Below are positions 29,104-38,325 of a stretch of DNA of 64,000 bases, piece by piece. The number at the start of each line of letters is the position of its first letter. Position 1 is the stretch's first letter. The DNA lies in NCBI GenBank assembly GCA_964453405.1, contig CAYVOF010000001.1:1531-65530 (forward strand). The letters are read 5' to 3'. The position numbers and the translations under genes are program-made. Below the pieces are notes generated by a model. The model did no database searches. It saw nothing but the letters and a program-made list of their open reading frames with translations, and had not been told where the DNA came from. Source of the DNA: an uncultured Candidatus Saccharibacteria bacterium (lineage in GTDB: Bacteria > Patescibacteriota > Doudnabacteria > UBA920).

Positions 29104-30792
29104 TTATTTTATCACGTATACCGCCATCACGGTTTGGCCAAACTTGTTGCGAGTTTCCTGCTCAAGTTCGGCTTCGGGGTGGTACTGTTTAAATTTTTTA
29201 ATATCAAAAATACTAGATTGAGTAAACACTAATGTATCACCAATTTGTAAATCTGCTAATTTCCACGAATCTTCTGGGTCAACTTGAATGTATGGAGTGC
29301 CGATATCAGACGTTGTGTAATCAAGAGTCTGAACTGAGAATTTATCTAAAATCAGATAAGTTTTAAATGTCGTTTTAACCTTGAGGGAATATTGTTGTTT
29401 AAAATAATCCGCAACCATAGTCAGATCACTACGGAAGGCGTAAAAGTTTTCTGGACTGTTATAGGCCTCAACAAAATAGAGAATATAAGTTTGTGAAGTT
29501 AGCGCAGCCACAAATACTACAAACATAATCATCACGGCATTGTTGATCAGTTTTTGCTTCCATTCAGAAATTTGTAACATATAAGGATGACCGATTGCGC
29601 TTGCTCGATCGTACACAGCGGCAATACCAAGTGCTGCCAAAATAAATACTACCGGAATTGTTCCAATTGAACGCAGGCCATGAGGGATTCCTTCAGCAGT
29701 AGTTATTACAGGAACAAGCATAGACCAGAACCAGCCAGCCAGGGCAAAATAAATCCAATCAGCTTTATATTTATGCGGTAAAAAGGTGTAGCGCGCAGCT
29801 CGCAAGGTCGCCATGATTAATCCGATTAAAAAGAACGGCGAGATAATAATAGACAAAAATGGTTGTCCCGAAATATTGTGTCTCCAGTTTAGGTCACCAT
29901 CAGCAAAGTAGGCGCGCAGGCTTAAGCCCGTAACTTCGCCTATAGTGCCGATTAGGTTGCCTTGATTTAGTTCTGGGTTGAACACAGACACCTGTCCGCT
30001 TCGTCCTACAAATGAGCCTGGGTGAGTATAAAAATAATGGGCAATAGGAAAGATCACGACTACAAATGCAATTCCCGCCAAGATAGTCGGTAAAAAGTAT
30101 TTTTTAATTTGAACAAACCGCGGGGTTTTAAAGATATCCACTAGCATTGGCCAGAACACTAAAATCGCAACCACTGGTGCAAAAATTCGGTAGGCGATGT
30201 AAGTGTAAAATCCGAGAGCAAAAGCGACTCCAGTACCGATGGCGTGCCAATATCTTTTGGCGCGAGTCTTTGCTTGGTAGGTAGCGACTAAGAAGTACAA
30301 AGTCAGCGTGGTAAATAGCGGAATCAAATTGGCTCGAAACGCTGTGCGGGACAATACTACGTGCCAACTTGATACGGCCATGGTAAACATCGCTAACAGT
30401 GCAATCCAATTGGCTCGAGATATTTTGTCGGCGCGTTTTGTTGGGTCAGTTTCATCATCAGCGTCTTCGCCGATTAACAACAAGCGGCGTGTTAAAAAGA
30501 AAGTCATTACTACAGCGAGCGTTCCAACAGTGGCCGAAACAATATGATGTTGCCATGGTCCTTTGCCAAACAACTCTACACTACCCCAAAGCATATAAAA
30601 GAACAACGCTTCGCGGCCGTTACCGCGTTCGTAAAAAGGCTGCAGTTGTCCGTGCTGCATCAAGTTAATATCTAAACCATTGGCTGCTTCGTCAGGAAAT
30701 AAGCCTCCCGGCATTTGTCCAATCAAGTAAAATCGGAAAAATATCGACAGGATTAGGATACTAAGAAACAAAAATTTTTGTTTTGATGTCAT
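29104..30792 (-). CDS. Second GT-C fold glycosyltransferase, PMT/ArnT-like
   Basis: FPDEAANGL loop-1 motif, more than 10 TM helices. Tandem with the preceding paralogue, with 4 nt between them. Confidence 0.65.
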   Translation of the reverse strand: MTSKQKFLFLSILILSIFFRFYLIGQMPGGLFPDEAANGLDINLMQHGQLQPFYERGNGREALFFYMLWGSVELFGKGPWQHHIVSATVGTLAVVMTFFLTRRLLLIGEDADDETDPTKRADKISRANWIALLAMFTMAVSSWHVVLSRTAFRANLIPLFTTLTLYFLVATYQAKTRAKRYWHAIGTGVAFALGFYTYIAYRIFAPVVAILVFWPMLVDIFKTPRFVQIKKYFLPTILAGIAFVVVIFPIAHYFYTHPGSFVGRSGQVSVFNPELNQGNLIGTIGEVTGLSLRAYFADGDLNWRHNISGQPFLSIIISPFFLIGLIMATLRAARYTFLPHKYKADWIYFALAGWFWSMLVPVITTAEGIPHGLRSIGTIPVVFILAALGIAAVYDRASAIGHPYMLQISEWKQKLINNAVMIMFVVFVAALTSQTYILYFVEAYNSPENFYAFRSDLTMVADYFKQQYSLKVKTTFKTYLILDKFSVQTLDYTTSDIGTPYIQVDPEDSWKLADLQIGDTLVFTQSSIFDIKKFKQYHPEAELEQETRNKFGQTVMAVYVIK

Positions 30793-30870
30793 TGGTATTT
30801 TCTGGCGCTTTGGCGATAGTTATCAAGTTTGTTATAATAACGGCACTATCTATACATTTTTTAGGCAGTT

Positions 30871-31224
30871 ATGACTGAATTAACGCACAATTCGCACCAG
30901 TTTGCTAAGCTTGCTAAAGTCCTGTGGATCTTAGCAGTGGTTGTCTTTATTTTATCACTGGTAGTGATAATTATCAAAGTGTCGGTCAGCTCACCGGTAT
31001 CGGCTTTGCGTTACAATGTGATTTTAGGTGTAAGTGAAATCGGCAGCCGTTATAAGTTATTGCAATTGCCCTTAGCTGGATTTTTAATTGGCGTGGTAAA
31101 TTATGCGCTAGTTAGATACAATCGGACCAGTCAACAAATTTTGCCACTTCTTGCTGCGATGGTTACGGTCTCACTCAATATTATTTTGTTGCTAGCCGCA
31201 CTATTGTTATTCCAAGTTAACTAA
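30871..31224 (+). CDS. Small membrane protein (117 aa)
   Basis: Three predicted TM helices, lying immediately upstream of the GT2 gene. Confidence 0.35.
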   Translation: MTELTHNSHQFAKLAKVLWILAVVVFILSLVVIIIKVSVSSPVSALRYNVILGVSEIGSRYKLLQLPLAGFLIGVVNYALVRYNRTSQQILPLLAAMVTVSLNIILLLAALLLFQVN

Positions 31225-31238
31225 CTTCCTTTTAGGTT

Positions 31239-32909
31239 ATGAGTCAGCCAATTTTTAGAACTCGCACTCGCGTTGATCGTCTTTGGGAGATTATTCCAGG
31301 CCTGTCATTTTGGACAGTCTTTTTTGGCGCCATTTTGTTGTCTTACTACCGACCGGTCTGGGCAGCAATTTTTATTGTTTGTTTTGACTTGTACTGGGTA
31401 CTCAAGGCCTGTAATGTAGCTGTGCATTTAATCGCCAGCTATCGTCGGTTCCGTGTGTATGTGACATTAGATTGGCTTGAATATGTCGAATTACTCCCAC
31501 AAAGAGATAAATTAATCGCTCTATATAAATCACGTATTCCTCAAGCAACCCGTGCATTGGAACGCAAGTTTTATCGCCAACAAATTAAGCGTTTAAATCG
31601 CCCAATTGAGAATGAGGTTATTAACAGAAGCTACCGCGATTTTTATCATGTAATTGTGATTCCTTTTGTAGATGAAAGTTTTCAAATTTTAAGTTCTACT
31701 TTAGAAGCGTTGACCGAAGTACAATATCCAAAAGATCGTATGATGTTAATCTTAGCTTCCGAAGAGCGTGCTGGGGCAGCTGCGCAAGAAGTTGCTCAAC
31801 AAATACAAACAAAATTTGGTCCTATCTTTGCCAAGATGTTTGTTACGATTCACCCTGATGGATTGCCAGGAGAAATAAAAGGAAAGAGTGCTAATGCTAG
31901 TTACGCAGTATCGACAATCGTTCCAGAGTTAGAAGCAATGGGTATCAAGCAAGATGAAGTTTTGATTTCCAACTTTGATAGCGATACAATTGTGCATCCG
32001 CAATATTTTACTCGTGTGATGTATGAATTTTTAACTAACCACAAACCGTACCGTCGTAGTTATCAGCCAGTGTCAGTTTATAATAATAATATTTGGGATA
32101 GTCCGGCGTTTATTCGCGTGGTATCTGTATCAAACTCTTTCTGGCAATTTACAGAAAGCTCTCGACCGGATCGCTTGCGTACTTTTTCTTCTCACACAAT
32201 GACGCTCAAAGCCTTGGTAGAAATCGGTTACTGGAAAAAAGATTTAATCAACGAAGATGGTTATGTATTTTGGCAGTGCTATTTACATTATAAAGGTGAC
32301 TACGAAGTTGTGCCTTTGTTCGTTCCTGTTTCTTTGGATACTTGTCTCGCCGACACTTTTTGGCAAACTTTAAAAAATCAGTACAAGCAAAAAAAGCGTT
32401 GGGCGTATAACGTGGAATATTATCCGCATTTAGTTCCAGCATTATTAAAAAGCAAAGCGCCATTTTTTGATCGCATGTATAAGTTATTTCAATATATAGA
32501 AGGAAACTTTAACTGGGCAACAGCGAGTTTGTTAATTTCGATTTTGGGATGGCTGCCATTAATTATCGGTGGTGCAGAGTTTCAGCAAACTGTTGTGGCG
32601 TATAATTTACCAACCGCGACCCGAACATTAATGACCATTGCCACTGCGTTTTTAATCTTTAGCGTCTATATTAACTTAATTTTATTGCCGCCACGACCCA
32701 AAAAATACGGTTGGGGGAAGAGCGTTATGATGTATCTGCAGTGGTTTTTGGTACCAATTACTTCGGTAATATTTGGTAGTTTGCCTGCTATTGAAGCGCA
32801 GACTCGCTTAATGTTTGGTTGGTATTTGGAATTTTGGGTTACGCCTAAAGCTCGCAAAGGTGAAGTAACTGGCAAAGATATGCCAGAGATGAAGCAGATT
32901 CACCATTAG
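31239..32909 (+). CDS. Membrane-embedded family-2 glycosyltransferase (processive synthase-like)
   Basis: N-terminal TM helices, GT-A core with VIVIPFVDES and NFDSDTIVHP (DxD), and C-terminal TM bundle. Confidence 0.6.
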   Translation: MSQPIFRTRTRVDRLWEIIPGLSFWTVFFGAILLSYYRPVWAAIFIVCFDLYWVLKACNVAVHLIASYRRFRVYVTLDWLEYVELLPQRDKLIALYKSRIPQATRALERKFYRQQIKRLNRPIENEVINRSYRDFYHVIVIPFVDESFQILSSTLEALTEVQYPKDRMMLILASEERAGAAAQEVAQQIQTKFGPIFAKMFVTIHPDGLPGEIKGKSANASYAVSTIVPELEAMGIKQDEVLISNFDSDTIVHPQYFTRVMYEFLTNHKPYRRSYQPVSVYNNNIWDSPAFIRVVSVSNSFWQFTESSRPDRLRTFSSHTMTLKALVEIGYWKKDLINEDGYVFWQCYLHYKGDYEVVPLFVPVSLDTCLADTFWQTLKNQYKQKKRWAYNVEYYPHLVPALLKSKAPFFDRMYKLFQYIEGNFNWATASLLISILGWLPLIIGGAEFQQTVVAYNLPTATRTLMTIATAFLIFSVYINLILLPPRPKKYGWGKSVMMYLQWFLVPITSVIFGSLPAIEAQTRLMFGWYLEFWVTPKARKGEVTGKDMPEMKQIHH

Positions 32910-32925
32910 TTATAATTAAATTGCT

Positions 32926-33999
32926 ATGCCTTACTCTTCATTTTTTATTTTAGCTCTAGTGTTAGCAGCTGTGATTACACCTCTGGTTCGCCGCTTTGCT
33001 ACACGCTTTGGTTATATGGACATTCCGCGCCCACCGCGCAATCTCCATAACAAACCTGTGGCAAAATTGGGAGGTGTCGCGATTTATCTAGCGGTGGTTA
33101 TAGCGATTGGAGTTTTTTGGTTAACCGGTGGAATTGATTTTAATATTGTGCCGGAGCGGTTTATTTTAGCAATCATTTTGGGAGGTGCTGTTTTAGTTGC
33201 GAGTGGGTTAATCGATGATAAGTATGATTTGTCCGCTAAGTACTTGGCTATTTTTCCCATTGTCGCCGCTCTCGTAGTTGTATTTTCTGGAATTGGTATA
33301 GGAATTAAATTTTTATCTAATCCATTTGGTGATCCAATCAGTTTAGGTTTTGGTGTGATAGGAGTTCCTGCGTCAGGGATTTTTATTTTTTTGTGGTTAC
33401 TCGGAATGATGTTTACCACCAAGTTTTTGGATGGTCTTGATGGTCTTGTGGCTGGGATTGGTCTGATAGCTGGTTTAACTTTGTTTGCACTGTCATTAAG
33501 TTCACAAGTAAATCAACCTATTACTGCCACCTTGTGTATTATTTTAGTCGGCGCTTTAGCTGGTTATTTAATTTATGCTTTTAATCCGGCGTCGATATTT
33601 TTAGGCGAAGGCGGAAGCACTATAGTCGGATTTTTCTTGGGCGTATTTTCTGTTATCTTAGGTGCAAAAATTGCCACTGCATTATTAGTAATGGGGATTC
33701 CAATTTTAGATGTGGCTTGGGTGATTGCTCAGCGCGTTTGGTATCGCAAGAGTCCGTTCATCGGTGATCGCTTGCATCTTCATTTTAAATTATTAGACTT
33801 AGGGTTCACACAAAAACAAACTGCACTAGTGTTGTATGGAATCTCAGCCGTGTTTGGATTTACTGCAGTATTTTTACAAGCACGTGGCAAACTTGTCGCA
33901 CTAATTATTTTATTTGCCTTAATGGCTGGATTAATTCTTGGCGTAATTTTTGCATACCGTCGGCGCCAAGCCCACGATGCTGCGCAAGTGGGTGGATAA
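32926..33999 (+). CDS. Polyprenyl-phosphate N-acetylhexosamine-1-phosphate transferase (WecA/TagO/MraY family, GT4 PNPT)
   Basis: PRPPRNLHNKPVAKLGG motif, the LIDDKYDL aspartate-rich loop, and 10-11 TM helices. Confidence 0.8.
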   Translation: MPYSSFFILALVLAAVITPLVRRFATRFGYMDIPRPPRNLHNKPVAKLGGVAIYLAVVIAIGVFWLTGGIDFNIVPERFILAIILGGAVLVASGLIDDKYDLSAKYLAIFPIVAALVVVFSGIGIGIKFLSNPFGDPISLGFGVIGVPASGIFIFLWLLGMMFTTKFLDGLDGLVAGIGLIAGLTLFALSLSSQVNQPITATLCIILVGALAGYLIYAFNPASIFLGEGGSTIVGFFLGVFSVILGAKIATALLVMGIPILDVAWVIAQRVWYRKSPFIGDRLHLHFKLLDLGFTQKQTALVLYGISAVFGFTAVFLQARGKLVALIILFALMAGLILGVIFAYRRRQAHDAAQVGG

Positions 34000-34005
34000 G
34001 TGTGT

Positions 34006-34034
34006 TGACTCAAGCGTTTATAATTGTTAGAATA
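34006..34034 (+). promoter_or_regulatory. Promoter with extended -10 (TTGACT-17-TGtTAGAAT)
   Basis: TTGACT at 34006-34011, 17-nt spacer, TAGAAT at 34029-34034, with TG at -15/-14. Confidence 0.45.
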
Positions 34035-34101
34035 GAATGTGTGAAAATTTTAACCCAAAATTTTCGCTACTCTAAACTCTGCACCCCTAGGAGGATTACA
34101 T

Positions 34102-34527
34102 GTGAAAGCCAAGCGAGTAGTTGAAGATGAGATAATAGATTATTATACTCGGCTGCGAAATCTTGTTAAGTCTAATCAAAACGGCAACGCTGAAAAGTTT
34201 TTTGACGATAACCATCTAATTAAGGTTTGGGAGCCCCTTTTGTATTACGCAATGACCAGAGGTAATTGCCAAGTGAGTAAGGTCATTTTAAAGCGGGTGG
34301 TTAGTTATCGACAGTTTACTTTAAGCGAATTGAGGGTTAAAACCTCATTGCTTTTGCACGACATTTCTTACGATTTTAGTAATCGAGTTAAATCTTACAT
34401 CACATCAGGTGAATTCGAAGCAGAATTCGCTAAATTCACAAATGTTGCAAGTACAGTACATGCTCAATTAAGAGGACGCACTGGAGATGGTGTGGTTAAT
34501 CTGAAAATGCACCACTTTTCTGGATAA
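34102..34527 (+). CDS. Hypothetical protein (141 aa), GTG start
   Basis: AGGAGG sits 7 nt upstream of GTG at 34102. The ORF translates to KAKRVVEDEIIDYYTRLRNLVKSNQNG.... Confidence 0.4.
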   Translation: MKAKRVVEDEIIDYYTRLRNLVKSNQNGNAEKFFDDNHLIKVWEPLLYYAMTRGNCQVSKVILKRVVSYRQFTLSELRVKTSLLLHDISYDFSNRVKSYITSGEFEAEFAKFTNVASTVHAQLRGRTGDGVVNLKMHHFSG

Positions 34528-34595
34528 CCCCTTACAATTGACAAATTACCAGATAGTCGCTATGATTATCTGGTATTTATTTTTAACTATATTAT

Positions 34596-34904
34596 ATGTC
34601 ATTAGTCGTTATTGCCACCGGCGGAAAGCAGTATTTGGTTGCCAAAGGTGAAAGAATTCAAATTGAAAAGCTTGCCGGAGAAGAAGGCGATAAAGTGATC
34701 TTTGATCAAGTTTTAGCCAACATTTCCGAAAGTGATTATGAGCTTGGTAAGCCTATCTTAGAAGGCAAAACTGTTGAAGGTAAAATCCTTAAACAAGGCC
34801 GAAGCCCTAAGATTCACGTCTTAAAGTATAAAGCTAAGAGCAAGTACCGAAAAAAGATCGGTCATCGCCAAGCTTTTACCGAAGTCGAAATCACCAAGAT
34901 TTAA
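34596..34904 (+). CDS. rplU: 50S ribosomal protein L21
   Basis: YAVIATGGKQY-type N-terminus (LVVIATGGKQYLVAKGE) and KIHVLKYKAKSKYRKKIGHRQ C-terminus. Confidence 0.9.
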   Translation: MSLVVIATGGKQYLVAKGERIQIEKLAGEEGDKVIFDQVLANISESDYELGKPILEGKTVEGKILKQGRSPKIHVLKYKAKSKYRKKIGHRQAFTEVEITKI

Positions 34905-34914
34905 ATTCAAAACA

Positions 34915-34944
34915 AACCGCTCACTATGTGTGGGCGGTTTTTTG
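34915..34944 (+). terminator. Rho-independent terminator after rplU
   Basis: AACCGCTCAC-tatgt-GTGGGCGGTT hairpin followed by TTTTTTG. Confidence 0.6.
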
Positions 34945-35016
34945 TTGCCTTGACAACATTAACTTTTTATACTATACTATGACGTTAGAAAATTTTAGAG
35001 GGGGATGTAATTATAG

Positions 35017-36063
35017 ATGAAAATCTTAGAAGCCTTTTTATTTCGGATGATATTAAATGCATCCTTAAAGAAATTAATTTTAGTTGTTGTGGGTATATTC
35101 TTTTTTGGTGCTTTGATTATGCCTTTGGCCGAACCATCAGATAGTGCTCTTCAGCACTTTGGTAATTATTCATGGTGGTTTACTGTATCGATTACTGGTA
35201 CAGGTTACGGCGATATTGTTCCCGTAACCAGACTAGGACGTTTGATGGCTGGTATTGTTATGTGGACCGGTTATTTAGGGATTACGATGTACATTATCAG
35301 CAAGTTATTTACAATAGCTCATAGCGAACAGGAGAAAAGAATGAAAGGTTTGGTACCGTTAAATTTGAAGAATCATACTGTTATTTTTGGTAACAGAGGC
35401 GATGAGACTTTAAAGCTCGTTGAGTCTTTAAAGAATGATAAAGAAGCATCTCAAGAACCCGTGGTTCTTTGCTCGATGTTGACAACTGAGAATCCGTTTC
35501 CGGATGAGGTTGACTTCGTACATGGTGAACTTACTTCTGATGATGTAATGGTTCGCGCTTGTGTGGCGGACGCTGATCGAATTATTGTTCATTCTGATAC
35601 TGATCAAAAGTCAATCATTATTGCTAATGCTGTGAGGTATCATAATCCAACAGCGACAGTGGTCATCAATTTGGATAATCCCGACAACGAGGTTCACTTA
35701 CATCGAATTGGCGTTGGCAACAAAGTTGCTTGCGTTAAGCCTATGAATGTTCCGATGATTGTTCGGGAGATTACCAACCCAGGAATTACTCGACAGATTG
35801 AAGGCCTGCTAGGTAATACAGGACAGGAATTTTATTCCTTAACTGTTCCGTCTGGAGCACGCGAGCAAACCTTTGGAGAATTGGCCGCCAACTTATTATT
35901 GGATTGCCAATCTTTGTTGTATGCAGTTGTCCCAAATCCAAAAGCTGACACTGAGGCAGTCATTAATCCAGGTACTGAATTTGTTATCAGTCCTGGAATG
36001 AAAGTCTCATATATGGCAGTTGAGCGATTGAGCCCTCAGCAGATTTCTGAGGTGTTTAGTTAG
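35017..36063 (+). CDS. Potassium channel with C-terminal RCK/TrkA-N domain
   Basis: Two TM helices flank a pore loop with selectivity filter TGTGYGD. The RCK Rossmann fold starts VIFGNRGDETLKLVESL. Confidence 0.7.
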   Translation: MKILEAFLFRMILNASLKKLILVVVGIFFFGALIMPLAEPSDSALQHFGNYSWWFTVSITGTGYGDIVPVTRLGRLMAGIVMWTGYLGITMYIISKLFTIAHSEQEKRMKGLVPLNLKNHTVIFGNRGDETLKLVESLKNDKEASQEPVVLCSMLTTENPFPDEVDFVHGELTSDDVMVRACVADADRIIVHSDTDQKSIIIANAVRYHNPTATVVINLDNPDNEVHLHRIGVGNKVACVKPMNVPMIVREITNPGITRQIEGLLGNTGQEFYSLTVPSGAREQTFGELAANLLLDCQSLLYAVVPNPKADTEAVINPGTEFVISPGMKVSYMAVERLSPQQISEVFS

Positions 36064-36082
36064 GATTTTTAGTTAGGAACAT

Positions 36083-36113
36083 ACCCTGTTATAACAATAA
36101 CGGGGTATTTTTT
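36083..36113 (+). terminator. Rho-independent terminator after the K+ channel gene
   Basis: ACCCTGTTAT-aaca-ATAACGGGGT 10-bp stem followed by TTTTTT. Confidence 0.55.
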
Positions 36114-36117
36114 AATC

Positions 36118-36146
36118 TTGACAATGATTAGTAAATATGCTACAAT
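36118..36146 (+). promoter_or_regulatory. Strong sigma70-like promoter (TTGACA-17-TGcTACAAT) with a leader hairpin downstream
   Basis: Consensus -35 and extended -10. The 5' leader contains CAGAGT-N12-ACTCTG at about 36152-36175. Confidence 0.55.
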
Positions 36147-36215
36147 CTGCAGTCAGAGTGCTAAATTGAAGACTCTGAAGATTTTGATAAAAATGTAATG
36201 GAGGCATTTGAATAT

Positions 36216-36779
36216 ATGAGATTAGTGTTATTTGCTTTGGTACCAGCTGTGGTGGTATTTGTCGTTACTTTACTTTTCGGTTTTTCCGAAACCGCAATAG
36301 TTATTTCTACCGGAGTGGGAGCTGTGCTGGGAGTAATCGTTGGGTTTGCGTCCACCCCAGACTATGATGACGATGAGTTATTTTCTCGCTCATCCAATCG
36401 AAGGAGTAACTATGGCGACGGTGTCGGGAGTGCACGAGGCTCAGGGCCTGACAGCCCTCCATCTCAGCGCACTGGGTCGCAGAAACGGCGTGATAACTCG
36501 GGTGTTGTTACAGACTCATCGTCACCATTCGATTATGGATATGGTGATTCTACTCACTCATCGTCACACACGGCTGACAGTCCTACTAGTCATGAGTCTG
36601 GCGGTCATTCTTTTGGTGGCGGCGGAGACTTTGGTGGCGGCGGAGCAGGTGGAAGTTTTGGTATCAGTCATTCTAGCAGCGCTTCCCATTCCGATACCAG
36701 TAGCCACTCTGACAGTGGTGGCAGCAGTGGAGGTGACAGTGGCGGAGGTGGTGACGGCGGGGGCGGAGGTGGTGATTAA
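36216..36779 (+). CDS. Membrane protein with a long Gly/Ser/Asp-rich disordered C-terminal tail
   Basis: GGAGG sits 11 nt upstream of ATG at 36216. Two TM helices, then low-complexity SHSSSASHSDTSSHSDSGGSSGGDSGGGGDGGGGGGD. Confidence 0.45.
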   Translation: MRLVLFALVPAVVVFVVTLLFGFSETAIVISTGVGAVLGVIVGFASTPDYDDDELFSRSSNRRSNYGDGVGSARGSGPDSPPSQRTGSQKRRDNSGVVTDSSSPFDYGYGDSTHSSSHTADSPTSHESGGHSFGGGGDFGGGGAGGSFGISHSSSASHSDTSSHSDSGGSSGGDSGGGGDGGGGGGD

Positions 36780-36798
36780 TATATCACCACATTAGTTT

Positions 36799-36830
36799 AA
36801 AGAGATGCAAATACGCATCTCTTTTTTATT
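36799..36830. terminator. Terminator between convergent genes
   Basis: AAAGAGATGC-aaatac-GCATCTCTTT hairpin followed by TTTTTATTTT. Confidence 0.55.
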
Positions 36831-36839
36831 TTGTATATT

Positions 36840-37271
36840 TTATTTTCCCGCCGGCTCAATCCCTAACTCTTTAAGCTTAGCTTGATACACCTCGTAATCT
36901 TCTAAGTAGTCGCTGCGATCGGGATTGTGTTTAGTAGAAGAGACCGCGAGCATTACTGAATTTGGTTCGTAGTCTTTAAAGCCGTGCCAGACGTAGTTGC
37001 CACAATATATGCCATCGCCCTGCTTCATGGGAATTTCTTCTTTGCCGTAACCTCGATCAATAATTGCGGTACAGCCGCCTGTGGCCATGACGAATAATTC
37101 CTTCTCTATATAATGACAGTGTTGGCCAGTATTACCGTTAAGGTCAGTTAAATAATACACACGTTTGATATCAAAATCTACATAAGTAGCAGCATCGATT
37201 TCGAAAAGTTCGTACAAATTGTCGCGACCCTTAACATGTTTAATCTCGTATTTTTTAAATTCTAGTTGCAT
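36840..37271 (-). CDS. WxcM/FdtA-like cupin (putative dTDP-6-deoxy-hex-4-ulose 3,4-ketoisomerase)
   Basis: 143-aa cupin with KRVYYLTDLNGNTGQHCHYIEKELFVMATGG, resembling the FdtA/WxcM C-terminal domain. Next to dTDP-sugar genes. Confidence 0.45.
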   Translation of the reverse strand: MQLEFKKYEIKHVKGRDNLYELFEIDAATYVDFDIKRVYYLTDLNGNTGQHCHYIEKELFVMATGGCTAIIDRGYGKEEIPMKQGDGIYCGNYVWHGFKDYEPNSVMLAVSSTKHNPDRSDYLEDYEVYQAKLKELGIEPAGK

Positions 37272-37332
37272 GTTGACATGCTACCAAAAATAATGTATTG
37301 TTACAAGTCGATCAATTTTTAGGAGGAATAAA

Positions 37333-38178
37333 ATGGTTACAATAATTAAGCTTGAACCAATAAGTTTGGGTAAAATGTTTCGTGACTTGAAACGGTTTTT
37401 GAACAGGCAGATCAAAATTGGTGCTTTGGCCGGAAAATGGGGCATTGAACAAGAAAGACTTTTAAACCAATCCGCTATCCGTATGTATGCGCTAATGACA
37501 ATGATAGCTGCAGATATACTCCCTACTAAAAGTTCACCAATTTTTTTACACGTCCGTCATGACTATGAGAAAGTAGTAAAGGCAGCCGCTAATATTTATC
37601 ATTTGGGACAAAATCTTCCTATTTATCTGGAAGGCAGTGAAGGGCAACATCGTGATGACCCATTTCCTAATGGAAAACCTGGAGTTATTAACGGAGGTTT
37701 TAATTTCTGGTACAGACAGTTGAGAAGATTACATGTTCCCTCTGATGATATTATTCCGACAGGTCCATCTTATAATACCCCTGATGAGACTTTAGAGCTT
37801 TTAAAATTAGCTCGTTATAACAATTGGGATAGTGTTATTATCATTGGCAATTCATACCAAATGCTGCGCATTGTTCTTGGTACAATTCAATGGATGAAAA
37901 AAGAAAATTTTTGGTTGAAGTGCCATTTTGTGATGCCAAGCGGTTATGAATGGACTCAAAAAATGAGAGGTCCTCAAGATTCAGAAGAAGGTGATTTATT
38001 TGACCAATTTTGGATTGAGTACAAACGCATTATCGAATACCAGATCAAGGGTGACTTATGTTCACTTCAAGAAGCAATGAATTATCTGTGTTGGGGAAGA
38101 AATCTAATTAAAAATAATGTTCTTCCTGTAAACTTATTAAGTGAAGCTAGTGTAACCGAAACTAATTGGGTTTCGTAA
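37333..38178 (+). CDS. Hypothetical protein (281 aa), possibly a YdcF/DUF218-like fold
   Basis: ORF with AGGAGG RBS. The IIIGNSYQMLR segment faintly resembles DUF218. Not confidently assigned. Confidence 0.35.
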   Translation: MVTIIKLEPISLGKMFRDLKRFLNRQIKIGALAGKWGIEQERLLNQSAIRMYALMTMIAADILPTKSSPIFLHVRHDYEKVVKAAANIYHLGQNLPIYLEGSEGQHRDDPFPNGKPGVINGGFNFWYRQLRRLHVPSDDIIPTGPSYNTPDETLELLKLARYNNWDSVIIIGNSYQMLRIVLGTIQWMKKENFWLKCHFVMPSGYEWTQKMRGPQDSEEGDLFDQFWIEYKRIIEYQIKGDLCSLQEAMNYLCWGRNLIKNNVLPVNLLSEASVTETNWVS

Positions 38179-38189
38179 TTAAAATGTAG

Positions 38190-38218
38190 CGAGTAAATTT
38201 ATTTACTCGTTTTTATTA
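38190..38218 (+). terminator. Rho-independent terminator
   Basis: GCGAGTAAAT-tt-ATTTACTCG hairpin followed by TTTTTATT. Confidence 0.5.
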
Positions 38219-38245
38219 TGCTGATTTTGTCTTACATCTCCAAAC

Positions 38246-38273
38246 ATTTCAACTTTGACAAAAGACCCTACTT
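38246..38273 (+). promoter_or_regulatory. Promoter for the rhamnose-pathway fusion gene (TTGACA-16/17-TGgTAGAAT)
   Basis: Consensus -35 and extended -10, located 50 nt upstream of the 38326 ATG. Confidence 0.5.
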
Positions 38274-38325
38274 TGGTAGAATGAATTGTAGATTTACTTA
38301 GAAATAAACTTAAAAATCGTTAGAA

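Noticed and set aside
36600-36780. GGT/GGC/GGA-rich tandem-like repeats considered as a CRISPR array or satellite
   Set aside because: They are in-frame glycine/serine codons of the low-complexity tail of the 36216-36779 CDS. There is no repeat-spacer periodicity.
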